Positions 48,677 to 61,886 are shown, counted from the whole stretch's first letter. The stretch is 63,616 bases of DNA, filler included, from Octopus bimaculoides (GCF_001194135.2; 6 parts of 6 records of this genome joined end to end with filler, not necessarily neighbours in it); one strand, 5' to 3'. A program made the numbers and translations. The notes: a model not told the origin generated them from the sequence alone.

Positions 48677-49904
48677 NNNNNNNNNNNNNNNNNNNNNNNN
48701 NNNNNNNNNNNNNNNNNNNNNNNNNNNNNNNNNNNNNNNNNNNNNNNNNNNNNNNNNNNNNNNNNNNNNNNNNNNNNNNNNNNNNNNNNNNNNNNNNNNN
48801 NNNNNNNNNNNNNNNNNNNNNNNNNNNNNNNNNNNNNNNNNNNNNNNNNNNNNNNNNNNNNNNNNNNNNNNNNNNNNNNNNNNNNNNNNNNNNNNNNNNN
48901 NNNNNNNNNNNNNNNNNNNNNNNNNNNNNNNNNNNNNNNNNNNNNNNNNNNNNNNNNNNNNNNNNNNNNNNNNNNNNNNNNNNNNNNNNNNNNNNNNNNN
49001 NNNNNNNNNNNNNNNNNNNNNNNNNNNNNNNNNNNNNNNNNNNNNNNNNNNNATATATATATATAAATATATATATATATCACTCAGAGAGTGTAGTGAG
49101 TAAAAGCACCCACTACACTCTCTGAGTGGTTGGCGTTAGGAAGGGCATCCAGCTGTAGAAACTCTGCCAAATTGGATTGGAGCCTGGTGTTGCCATCCGG
49201 TTTCACCAGTTCTCAGTCAAATCATCCAACCCATGCTAGCATGGAAAGCGGACGTTAAACGATGATGATGATGATGATGATGATGATATTGGGTTAGGTA
49301 GACAGTTTCTGTCTACCAATTCACCCACAAGCATTGGTAAGCCTGGAATTTAGTAGAAGACACTTGCCCAAGATGCCATGCAGTGGGACTGAACCTGAAT
49401 CCACATGGTCGTAAAGCAAGCTTCTTAACCACACAGTTGTGCCTGCAGCTATATTAATTCAAACTTTATAGTTTATGTGTAGGTAAAAGAAAGAGAAAAA
49501 CTTTTCGTCCAAATAACTTAAATACCTGTAATAAATATATACACATCATCATCATCATTTAACATCCATTTTCCATGCTGGCATGGGCTGTACAGTTTGA
49601 TAGGAGCTGATAAGCTGGAGAGCTGCCCCGAGCTCCAATCGTCTGTTTTAGTATGATTTTTATGGCTGGATGTCCTTCCTAACATCAATAACTTTACAGA
49701 TTGTACTGGATTCTTTTTATGTGGCACTAGCATGATAGCTTTATACATGGCAACAGCATGAGTAATTTTCATGTAGCACTAGCGTGGGTGCTTTTCACGT
49801 CACTTGTTAATATTATTCTGTTTATCACATGTGTTTGAGTGTTACACTGTTAACAACCTTAACTACAAAATAAAATAGAAAGCATAATCGCAAAGTTTAT
49901 AAAA

Positions 49905-50230
49905 AACTTGCACTCCGTCAGTTATGGCAACGAATGTCCCAGTTGCTTCAATCAACAGAACAATCAACTCGTGAAATTAACATGCAAGTGGCTGAACACT
50001 CCACAGACATGCATACCTTTAATGTTGTTCTGAGGGAGAGTCAGAGTGACACTGACTGTAATAAGGCTGATCCTTTGAATTACAGGTACTACTCATTTTT
50101 GCCAGCTGAGTGGACTGGAGCAATATGAAATATAGTGTCTTGCTCAAGGACACAACACACTGCCTGGAATTGAACTCACGACCTTGCAATCGTGAGCTGA
50201 ATACCCTAACAACTAAACCCTGTGCCTTCA
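49905..50230 (-). mobile_element. Chimeric SINE: family-D tail with a different tRNA head and ttgtgtccttgagcaagacact body
   Basis: 49905-50085 aligns to the family D tail. 50090-50230 aligns to the head/body of 31605 and 44305. Confidence 0.65.
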
Positions 50231-50343
50231 TGGAACATTTAAGATAATGGAATAAGTTCAAGTATTATTACTCTTCAGGCAGTTTTAACGAGTGAACTAA
50301 ATCGAAAATATAATTGATTCCTTTAACATTATTAGAGCAGGTT

Positions 50344-50560
50344 AAGGCGGTGACCTGGCAGAGACGTTAGCACGCCGGCCAAAATGCTTAGTGATATTTC
50401 GTCTGTCTTTATGTTCTGAGTTCAAATTCTGCCAAGGTTGACATTGCCTTTCATCCTTTCAGGGTCGATAAATTAAAGTACCAGCTGAACACTGGGATCG
50501 ATGTAATCGACTGACCCCTTCCCCCAAAATTTTGGGTCTTGTGCCTAGAGTAGAAAAGAT
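50344..50560 (+). mobile_element. tRNA-headed SINE, family C. Other copies at about 5355-5565(+), 6598-6790(-), 16203-16365(+), 16755-16975(+) and 40541-40738(+)
   Basis: Recurrent gttctgagttcaaattc...ttgcctttcatcctttc.gggtcgataaat..aagtaccag core with A/B-box-like head. Confidence 0.85.
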
Positions 50561-51039
50561 TGTTAGACCAGATTGTTAATGTCTATAAATCAAAATAGAC
50601 TTAAGAAAGCTAATGAAATGTGGAGTTTCCATGAGTCCTACTGATCATAATCATTGTTTTAGATTCTACTTATCAATAATGGCTTTGCTTGGACTGGTCT
50701 GCAATGTGGCATGTCTCCTTTATATGTTTTTGTGTTTCTTCATGTATCTTGTGTTTTATGTATGTGTGACAAAATGAGAAAGAGAGAGAGAGAGAGAAAC
50801 AAACAAATATAGTAGCTACCAGTCTGTCTTGAAGAATATAACAATATCAAGAAAGAGCCAATGAATTTTAAAGCAGATTGTGTCTAGTGAAGAGAATTTG
50901 GAAATAGATTAGCTCTAAGAATGTTGTTTTAGAATTGTCTAGTCTACATACATGAAAAAAAAATGAGAAGCTAATTGTATTTACTATATTGTCTGCATTG
51001 AAATTAACCAGATGACAGGCATAGATATATTATTATATT

Positions 51040-52030
51040 ATTAAGCTGCAAAGGTGGTGAACTGAGAGAATTGTTAGCATACTGCAGAAAATGATTAGCA
51101 GCATTTCTTCTGACTTTGTGTTCTAAGTTTATATTTTGTCAAGGTCATCTTTACTTTTCATCCTTTCAAGGTTGATAAAAAAAATATCCTTTTCTACTCT
51201 AGGCACAAGGCCCAAAATGTTTGGGGAGGGGACCAGTTGATTAGAGTGACCCCGTATGCAACTGGTACTTAATTTATCGATCCCAAAAGGATGAAAGGCG
51301 AAGTCAACCTTAGCAGAATTTGAACTCAAAATGTAAAGACAGACAAAGTACCACTAGGCTTAAAATAATTATTTCTACTCTAGGCATAAAGCCTTGAAAA
51401 TTTTGGGGAGAAGGGGTGGGGGCTAGTTGATTACATCAACCCCAGTGCATAACTGGTACTTATTTTATCGACCCTGAAAGGATGCAAGGCAAATCAACCT
51501 CAGCAGAATTTAAACTCAGAACAGATAAAAAAAAAATATCAGCCAAGATGTAGTTAAATAATTGCTGACCTTGTGCCAAAATTTAAAACAATTATATTAT
51601 TACTCAATGAATTGACCGAATCATTAGAGTGTTGGATAGAGTGTCTTGCTGTATTTGTTTCCATTCTTTGTGTTCTGAGTTCAAAATCTTACTGAGGTTA
51701 GTATTGCCTTTTATTGTTTTCAGAAGTCAATAAAAAATGTCCTAGTCCAGGGGAGAGATTAGTGAAATTGCTAGTGTATTAGGTAGAATACCTTGCAATA
51801 TCTGTTCCAGTTCTGTGCATTATGAGGTTAAATTGTACTTTATCATTGGAAAATGAGGACATTTCTCTTAAGAATTGCAACCAAACAGCTAGTACCAGCT
51901 TATTACTCAACTTTGTCTTTCATCCACCTGGTGGGTAGGGTTCATTAAAATAAGTTCCTAGTACTGGGCTTGATATAATCAATTGTTCCCTCTCCAAAAC
52001 TTATCTCTCTTTGTGCTTCTGTAAGAAGTC
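51040..52030. mobile_element. Cluster of about six family-C SINE copies in mixed orientation
   Basis: Core motif on + at about 51040-51190 and 51600-52030, and on - at about 51191-51360 and 51365-51520. Confidence 0.75.
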
Positions 52031-52095
52031 GTTATTTCTTCTACTAGACTCTTTCAAGAATTATTTGGAGAGCAAGATAAAGCAATATTTTGGAA

Positions 52096-52137
<42 letters not shown>

Positions 52138-52896
52138 CTCACATACACACACCATTGTGATGACTCAAGTCATATTCAACTTTAAAAACATATTTTTATA
52201 TTTCATAAAAGTTTTGAATATCATCACNNNNNNNNNNNNNNNNNNNNNNNNNNNNNNNNNNNNNNNNNNNNNNNNNNNNNNNNNNNNNNNNNNNNNNNNN
52301 NNNNNNNNNNNNNNNNNNNNNNNNNNNNNNNNNNNNNNNNNNNNNNNNNNNNNNNNNNNNNNNNNNNNNNNNNNNNNNNNNNNNNNNNNNNNNNNNNNNN
52401 NNNNNNNNNNNNNNNNNNNNNNNNNNNNNNNNNNNNNNNNNNNNNNNNNNNNNNNNNNNNNNNNNNNNNNNNNNNNNNNNNNNNNNNNNNNNNNNNNNNN
52501 NNNNNNNNNNNNNNNNNNNNNNNNNNNNNNNNNNNNNNNNNNNNNNNNNNNNNNNNNNNNNNNNNNNNNNNNNNNNNNNNNNNNNNNNNNNNNNNNNNNN
52601 NNNNNNNNNNNNNNNNNNNNNNNNNNNNNNNNNNNNNNNNNNAGTTTTTGTCTACCAAATCCTTTCACAAGACTTTGGTTGGACAGAGCTGAAGAAGAAG
52701 ACACTTGCTCAAGGTGCCATGCAGTAGTACTGAACCCAGAACCATGTGGTTGGGAATCAAACTCCTTCACCAACACCTGCACTAACACCCTCTAAAAATA
52801 AGGAGGATCAAATCTTTAAATAAAAGAAAATGAAAAATTTCCATGTGTTTTAACTAACATTACTCTTCCATCATGTAATTGTTACATATACCTGCA

Positions 52897-52940
<44 letters not shown>

Positions 52941-54269
52941 GTTAGGTAACAAACTGGAGAAGAAGCACTCGATATGGATACAGAGTGCAGTAATTTATTT
53001 GGGCTGGTCTGGTGACGTGTTTCTCTTGAGTTTCCTCATCATTCAGCCTCTCGTTTGAATGAGTCAAACTGGGTTCAGCTGAACCTAGCTACATGGCATG
53101 GAAACTGGAAACCGCAAACATAAAGGTCATTGGACTAGTCCAAATAAATTATATATATATATATAGATGCTGGTGGAGTGGCTGATGCCATTCGCACATG
53201 AAGCTCCTTTCGAGTGTTGGGAGTCCTGAGGCATTATGTTGTGCTTGAGAAGAAGACCCATCAAGCAAAGTAAAATCACAGTCATGGCAGATACTGGTGT
53301 CACGCAAATGGCACCCATGCCGGTGGCATGTAGACGCACCCATTACACTCTTGAAGTGGTTGGCGTTAGGAACGGCATCCAGCCATAGAAACCATGCCAA
53401 ATCAGACTGGAGTCTGGTGCTGCCTTCCAGCTGGCCAGCCCTGGTCAAACTGTCCAACCATTCTGCACGCCCTTATACAGTGCCCAGAGCTTTTGGGCTT
53501 CTTAATTTATGTAGAACACGTGTTGTCGCATCTAGGAAGAGTACAGCTGTCTGCTAAGTCCATGATTGAGATTGTACCACCACCTGGACTATCAAAGGAA
53601 GGAGAGGCATATTTTTTATGCACAGTCGCAGTATTGAAAGAGTGTATATAGAAAACTAGAATGAAAGGAGTCGCGATGGGAATTTTCATCTCTGGCCCCG
53701 GTTTGCTATATTACTTCAGATATCATCTGAAGAGCAAGATAGGGCTGGAGAGGAGACACCTGTCGTGAAAAATATTCAGGAAAAGATGGAAAGATGTGGC
53801 AAGGAATTTGGGTATGAATGATCCTACTTAATCTCATCCATGGTAGAAAAGTATGGTGTAGCCGTTGGGCTTCATGGTCACGGGTAAACTCGTAAAACTT
53901 GTAAATTTTAAAAATATAACATTCATCATCATATTTTTAAAACCACTTTAAAAAGAACTCATAAATGCACTATTTGTTTGTAATGTCCCATATATATAAT
54001 TATTGTAAAAAAGAATATAATATGATATATAACTATTGTAATGAAGAATCATCTTGTAGGTACATCTCAATAAACTTGAAACATCAATGTCTGAGAATCC
54101 CAAGAGACTGCGTCACACCTTTTTCACACCTTTTTACCATAAGAGAGTTTTCGTCTCCATAGTAACTGCAGTGTATTTGCCTTTAACAGTTGAAATGTGT
54201 GACAAACATATTTCAACTAACCTAAATTGTGATCATACATAAACACTGCTTTTGTGCCATTACTTCATT

Positions 54270-54317
<48 letters not shown>

Positions 54318-55214
54318 CTCTTTACTCTNNNNNNNNNNNNNNNNNNNNNNNNNNNNNNNNNNNNNNNNNNNNNNNNNNNNNNNNNNNNNNNNNNNNNNNN
54401 NNNNNNNNNNNNNNNNNNNNNNNNNNNNNNNNNNNNNNNNNNNNNNNNNNNNNNNNNNNNNNNNNNNNNNNNNNNNNNNNNNNNNNNNNNNNNNNNNNNN
54501 NNNNNNNNNNNNNNNNNNNNNNNNNNNNNNNNNNNNNNNNNNNNNNNNNNNNNNNNNNNNNNNNNNNNNNNNNNNNNNNNNNNNNNNNNNNNNNNNNNNN
54601 NNNNNNNNNNNNNNNNNNNNNNNNNNNNNNNNNNNNNNNNNNNNNNNNNNNNNNNNNNNNNNNNNNNNNNNNNNNNNNNNNNNNNNNNNNNNNNNNNNNN
54701 NNNNNNNNNNNNNNNNNNNNNNNNNNNNNNNNNNNNNNNNNNNNNNNNNNNNNNNNNNNNNNNNNNNNNNNNNNNNNNNNNNNNNNNNNNNNNNNNNNNN
54801 NNNNNNNNNNNNNNNNNNNNNNNNNNNNNNNNNNNNNNNNNNNNNNNNNNNNNNNNNNNNNNNNNNNNNNNNNNNNNNNNNNNNNNNNNNNNNNNNNNNN
54901 NNNNNNNNNNNNNNNNNNNNNNNNNNNNNNNNNNNNNNNNNNNNNNNNNNNNNNNNNNNNNNNNNNNNNNNNNNNNNNNNNNNNNNNNNNNNNNNNNNNN
55001 NNNNNNNNNNNNNNNNNNNNNNNNNNNNNNNNNNNNNNNNNNNNNNNNNNNNNNNNNNNNNNNNNNNNNNNNNNNNNNNNNNNNNNNNNNNNNNNNNNNN
55101 NNNNNNNNNNNNNNNNNNNNNNNNNNNNNNNNNNNNNNNNNNNNNNNNNNNNNNNNNNNNNNNNNNNNCCCCCCACACCACATATTGCCCCAGTTCAGAT
55201 CAGTTCTGTTTCAG

Positions 55215-56060
55215 AATTACTGTCCTTTAGCATGAGTTGAGAGAGCCTGCTGCACTCATGTATCACAATTTTTGTAAGGGTTCTAAGAATGCATTTCCTA
55301 ACAGCAGCTTTCTTACTGAGTACACCATGGGCGTTTGGTCATGATACCAATACTAAAGGAGTTATCATTTCTTTGATTATATCAAAGGGACTTTCTCGTT
55401 GTCTCAGTTCAAGGTAGTGTGGCTTAGAGAGGGTGGATAAAGGTGAACAAGGACTGGAGGGTCAAAATGAGAGCAGTAATGAGATGGTAGGGAAACAGAG
55501 TGATTGATGTGTGAGGGTGGAATGATGGAAGAGTGATACTGCTGGTAGGTGGAATAATGGATGCAAGACAGTAATGGCAGCTACATGTTTGCAGGTGTGA
55601 AAATGTGAGTAGGTGGGTGATGGATGGTAATAGAGATGTGCAATGATGAGAGAGAGAGAGAGAGAGTGATGGATGGCTTATGTGAGGGGAGAGGAAGTGA
55701 TGGATGGCAATACAGAAAGGTTGTCACGTATATCAGATATGAACTGATCCAATGGAGTTCTTTTTAAGTGGTAATAAAAGTAGATGGTAGCCTGCACACC
55801 AGTCTTTTGATACATTGGTGTTGCAACAAGTAAGTATTGAAAGGAAGGTGTCAGAGAGATGAAAGGGCCAGCCAGATCAGTGCTATTCCTGGCTGCACAG
55901 ACAACATAATGGTGTGCATTGGAGAGAGCGTAGTGCAGAGGGTGTAAGTGATGAGGAAATGTGTGTAATAGAGATAAGTGATAGTAACAGAAAGTATGAG
56001 TAACAGCAATGAATGATAAAGAGATGACAGGTTCCAAAGAGGCATTGTGGAGCGTTAGAT
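55215..56060 (-). mobile_element. CR1-clade LINE relic, endonuclease/linker region
   Basis: Minus-strand remnants LSNAHH.VV, TDLAG and LDQFISD, plus a downstream PW...CC-like segment. Strong purine skew on +. Confidence 0.55.
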
Positions 56061-56502
56061 GCAGGCTTAATAGAAACGAATTAGGTAAGAGAACCAAGAG
56101 TGGCTATATATATATATATATATATATATGTGTATGTATGTATGTATGTATACACACGTATATAATCAGTATCGACCACTAGCATTAATTCAGCATTTGT
56201 TTAGCCATGCTTGCACCAGTGGACAGATTTTATCCAGCACTGGATATTGCTTATCATTGCAGTCATTGGTGAGCTCTTTTATGTAATTCAACATACTAAG
56301 GTCAGTCTTCACCACCAGTTGCCTGTCTCTCTAGGTCTCTCTCTCTCTCTCTCATCCACAAGTTATCTCTTCTTTGAGTGTCCTGCACTGCTTTATACAG
56401 CTGTCATCCTCTGTATGCTTTTCATATTTCATGTCCATACCAGCACACTGCATTTAATATCCTTTATATCCAGTTTATCTCTCAGCACTCTCTCTCTCTC
56501 AT

Positions 56503-56533
<31 letters not shown>

Positions 56534-57010
56534 TTGTCAGAAATATGCCCTGCATTGATTTTGCATTAACATTATATAATGAATTTATATAGTTTATTTT
56601 CAGTTATTTCATTGTTTATTTTCTTTTTTTTTTTTTTCTTTTCTTTTATCACTTATGAGATGCCAAGTAATATGTTGACTTGAAATTTTTTATTTCATAC
56701 ATAACAAAAATTTCTTGGCAAGAATGAAGAAAAATGAGAAACTGGTCTGATTTCTGTAAATCACATGCTTCTGATATGTGTTTGTGTGTGTGTGCATGCA
56801 TGTGGTCACTGCTTGTTTCCAAACCTTTTCACTCATTCATTCTGATCATAAAGAAGCTTGATATATAGACATCTTGATTTCTTGTTAGATTTAAATCTTT
56901 TTAAAGCTTAGGAAAATTGAAATGATATGACCTATATATGTATATATGTATTTTATATAAGATGAATTTTATCTTTTATCATAGCAGATTGTTTATTAGG
57001 GTTGTTCATA

Positions 57011-57110
57011 NNNNNNNNNNNNNNNNNNNNNNNNNNNNNNNNNNNNNNNNNNNNTTAATTAATTAANNNNNNNNNNNNNNNNNNNNNNNNNNNNNNNNNN
57101 NNNNNNNNNN
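57011..57110. other. Scaffolding linker 44N-TTAATTAATTAA-44N
   Basis: Same 100-bp structure. Confidence 0.95.
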
Positions 57111-57616
57111 GGTTTAGTTTGGTGTACATAGAAAGTCGTGTTGACGCTGGTGGAGATTGATGCTTGGTAGTAATCGTGTTGGTCATGACGATGTTGCTGG
57201 TTAGTAGTCGTAGACTCGTATTGCTGATGTGGCGACGGCGGTGGTCATCGTTGGCTGGACGAAGCTGTTGAAATGGTCGCTGGCTAATTGTTGCTGCTGT
57301 CGTGTGGTACACGGAACAGATCTCAAAGAGAAACTGGACCGAGACGAATTTGGCCACCGAGTTAAAGCTATTTATAACAAACTATCGGCTCCCGATGGCT
57401 TCAGAATTTTACTCTATCACGTGACCTTATTAGGGGCCGTGATTGGTCAGTTTGCGTTCTGGCGGGAACGGTTCGAAGAAGTTGCCGATTCAAATATTAA
57501 TCAGTCACGTGATGACAAGGTTAATGTTTTCCGCTACGTTTGCGTTTGTTTATATTTAAATGAGAAGAATGGTGATAGCAGTTTTGTATCTAGTGACGAT
57601 AGGTAGTTTCACTACA
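57111..57616 (-). mobile_element. Probable LTR (Gypsy-like) inserted into the RTE relic, truncated by a gap
   Basis: Minus strand starts TGTAGTG exactly at the RTE boundary. CpG-rich. Contains E-boxes (57504-57513, 57417-57425), CCAAT (57442-57446) and TATAAATAG (57368-57376) in promoter order. Confidence 0.55.
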
Positions 57617-58060
57617 CCTCTATTGGCAACCAAAGGTCTCTTTCTCCAAGTGAAAGGAAAATCGTATGATGTAAGTGTATGAACAACAATACTGCATGGT
57701 AGTGAGAAGTGGGCCCTGAATACTGGGGGCATGCAAAGACTTGAGAGGAATGAAACTAGTATGTCCTGCTGGATGTGCAATGTCAGTGTACATGTGCAAC
57801 AGATCACTAGTGCATTGAGAGAAAAGTTAAGTATAAGGAGAAGAGAGAAGACTGTGCTGGTTTGGTCATATGATGTCTATAAATGTGGACAGTTGCATAA
57901 AGATGTGTCAATCACTTGAAGTGGATAGGACTCATGGAGGAAGAAACCCCAGGAAGATGTGAGACAAAATACTGAATGCCGATCTCAAGACATTGAGCCT
58001 TACAAAGGAGATGATATAAATGACCAAAATAGCTGGCGCTTTGCTATACTCACAAAGACC
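57617..58060 (+). mobile_element. RTE-clade LINE 3' ORF relic
   Basis: PLLATKGL, LHGSEKWA, MQRLERNETSMSCWMCNVSVHV, LREKLSIR and a WRFA-like end match remembered RTE C-terminal motifs. Confidence 0.8.
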
Positions 58061-60879
58061 CCTCCACCACAGTAGAATTGTCTGTGAGGGGCTCTATCCC
58101 ATGCCCACCAGCATCCTCTCTGCTTCATTAACCATTTTCCCCCACTTTTCATCCTCTAACTCTTCTCTGCCATCAGAGAGCAGAAGAGGTTCATACCTCA
58201 TCCCCCTGCTTTCTCAATTACCTCTTTCCCCACTCTGAACCACTTCCATTTCCCATTATCTTCCCCAGCCTACTGTCTCCACCAATTATCTCCTTTCTAT
58301 GCTTTCTCTCTCCTGTGTTGTTCTCTATCGTTAACCCCTTGCTTATCTGCTATCACCCTCAATGTACTCACATATCTACTGCAACTCCTGCCATTAAGCT
58401 ATCCTGCCCACCTACTCAGTCCAAACCTCTGTATCACCCCACTTATTCTCATCACCCCCAATGTCCCAACACATCTTTACCACCATCTCTTTCACTATTG
58501 TTCTCTGTATCTTACTCACTGACTCACCTGCTCTCTTTATCTTACTCTATAACTCACCTTCCTTTCTTTTTTAGCTGGAGTATTCATATAACTACTCTGC
58601 AGCAAGACATTTATCCCTGTTCTTCTATACTTCTTATCTCTCATCAACTGGTACAAAGTCACCACCTCCTCATTACAACCCTCTCCTCCCAGCTGGGACA
58701 ATTTTTGTCTTGAAAGTTATTTGGTGATCCTGTTCGTGCTGGTGCAACAAAAAAAGCACTGGTACTGGTGCTACGTGAAAAGCACACAGTACACCATGCG
58801 GCATTAGGAAGCATATCCAGTCATAGAAACCTTGTCAAAACAAACAATGGAGCCTGGCACAGCTCCTGTCAAACCACCCAATCCATGCCAACAAATGAAT
58901 GTTAAATGATAATGATATGATACAGTATGTGTGTGAATGAGAGAGTATATGTATGAATGTGTGTGTATGTGCGTGTGTGTGTACATTTGTCAGTGTATAA
59001 GTATGTGAGTGTGTGAGTGAGTATGTATACAAATATAACTTGAACTTTGAAACCAATCTAGCATGACACTTGAATATCCATTGTACTTATTTGTTTCAAT
59101 GGATTTGTTATTACCTTTATTATTAAATTTACTTTGTCATAATAAACTTATTATTCCTTTACCTTTTCTTTGAAACTGGCTATGAATTCCACTACAGTTC
59201 TTAGATTTTAAATTTTGTATGCCTATTTTCTTAATTACTTTGTGTTCTATCCTACTATCCTAATGTTCTAACAAAGTACTTTATCTATAAATGATTGTTA
59301 ATTATTGGTGACCTCCTTCCCATAGACCTCACCATATTTGTTCACTACTTGATTATCTACAACTGTCATAATGTGAATTCTATTACTGCAACAATTATAC
59401 TCAATAAGCATAAGCCGTAAGACTAATACCTTGATTTGTATAGATTGTATCATATATTCTATATACAACAAGGCTATAATCCCAAATACTAATATGTATA
59501 ACCTGAACAAATTGTATGTTCAAAATACTTGCTATCTATCATTCAATATTTTGAAACCATTCTAAATAACCTTGCTGTAATCTGGTATATTCCTGGTTTT
59601 TAAATTCCTTACATAGATTATAAATAGGTATGATTATTGCATATGAGTGAAATTATATCACTGTCCACAAAAACTGTTAGGATGGGCTAATTTGTATAAG
59701 TGAGCATGAGTGCATTTTTGTGGTTGGTATTTGATACTATTGTATTCAGCCCGTATCAAAGTTGACTACATCTGTATAAGTTCTGTATATGTGTATATAT
59801 GTGTGTGTGAACATAATATGGACAAATGAGTTTGCATATATGTTTAATACTTTTGGTGTTCATGTTTATGTGAGTAGGAAATGTCTATGGATGTATGTCT
59901 GTGTGTAAGTAAGCGTATGCATATGTGAATGAGTATGTATACAAGTGTAACATAAACTTTGAAACCACACTAAAGTGATACCTTAATATCCACTTGTCTC
60001 TATTTGTTTCAGAGGATTTGTTTTTGTCCAATCCAACCTATAGTACAAACTCATTTGATCTTTAGCATAAGACCTTACTGTTTTGTATCCCCCTTTCCCA
60101 TCCTTTTGTGAGTGTATTCTCTGGCCAAATTTCCTGAACAAGTGGTTGATTAATTACTTTATTTTACTTTACATGTTTTCTTTTATTTATTCATGTATGT
60201 TCCTGTAATGGGTGGTACACTGTAAATGAAAGAATTCTTTTTTTCTTTCATGTCAATAGTATAAATTGAGTCAACCCAGCTTAGTTAGACAGAATTAAAT
60301 ACTGAGCACCCGTAAAATGTTCTGAAGAATCATCCAGCACATTATGCTACTATACAACTATATGCGCACATCAATATATGAGTAAGGCACTTTAGTGTTG
60401 ATGCTATAACAAAATATGAATTATGAAACAGCTGTAAACATGAAATATTTTTTACTTCTCACCCCTCCTGAATTTGATTAATTATCATACATCCAACCAT
60501 TGTGATTCCTGAATTTTTCAGGCACACAGCGGCATTAAATTATAACCTTAACTCAGCTACCGTCTTTTTGATAACCAGGTATTCCACAGAGTTTTTATGG
60601 TGGTTACTGTTTGATTCATTGAATCCTTATTCGCAGTAGTAATAACATATATTTATATACATGCATGTATACATACATATGGAGTGGTTGGCATTAGGAA
60701 GGGCATCAAACCACGGAAACCCTGCTAAATCAGATTGGAGTCTGGTGCAGCCTTCCAGCTTGCCATCCCTGGTCAAACCGTCCAACCCATGCCAGCATGG
60801 ACAACGGATGTTAAATGTTGATGATTATGAAGATGTGTGTGTGTGTGCATGTATATGTATATATAATATATATGTATGA

Positions 60880-60955
<76 letters not shown>

Positions 60956-61044
60956 TTACTGGAAATAGGCGTAGACATGGCTGTGTGGTAAGTAGCTTGC
61001 TTACCAACCACATGGTTCCGGGTTCAGTCCCACTGCATGGCACC

Positions 61045-61144
61045 NNNNNNNNNNNNNNNNNNNNNNNNNNNNNNNNNNNNNNNNNNNNTTAATTAATTAA
61101 NNNNNNNNNNNNNNNNNNNNNNNNNNNNNNNNNNNNNNNNNNNN
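61045..61144. other. Scaffolding linker 44N-TTAATTAATTAA-44N
   Basis: Same 100-bp structure. Confidence 0.95.
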
Positions 61145-61195
<51 letters not shown>

Positions 61196-61886
61196 TATAT
61201 ATACAAATATATATATATAGAAATATATATATACAAATAGATAGATATATAGATATATGATAAAATAAGAGCAGGCTGGGCAATGTTCAGAGAGCCTCTA
61301 CCTTTGTTGGTAACTATTTATATATACATATATATATACAGTTGATTCAATCTCTCTTGCATCAACCTCTTCTTTGTCCTTTCTCATAGAGCTTCTTTAC
61401 CTACTTAAAACTAATGAATTTAAAAGACATAACTTTAAAATATTCTGAAAGTGTTAAAATAACAATAGATGTGTTCATAGTTTCCATTCTTTCTTCAATC
61501 ATAAAAAGGAAAATTGAATTTCAAATGCAGAATTATTAAGAACTGTGATATTCTCAGAAAGATATATTTTATTATGTTGAAACTGAACACAGAAAGAATC
61601 TTTTTGATACCACATCATTCTCCCTATTTTCTGGAGATGTTTACAACTAAAAAAAAAAAAGGCCATCTGCAATTTCAAAGGACAATTACCATGAGGTTGA
61701 ATGCTTTTTAATTGATAGTATGATGAAAACCCATGTGACATGAAGCATTTACTCTTCAGATAAAAGTTATCAGAATGTCTCTTATTTATAGTGTTAAACT
61801 CAGAGAGCATGCTGTTTATTTTAAAGGGTTTGTTTGTGTTTTTAATTTAAAAAAAAGTTTTTAGTTTTTGTTTTTCATTTCTACAG

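Noticed and set aside
60522-60578. 57-nt phase-2 exon candidate (tttttcAG…CAG|GTATTC)
   Set aside because: Peptide unrecognised and phase does not fit the other candidates. Splice signals alone are insufficient.
60968-61044. A/B-box sequences as tRNA genes (also 31605, 43050-43112, 50344)
   Set aside because: They continue into SINE bodies and I see no complete cloverleaf or terminator.
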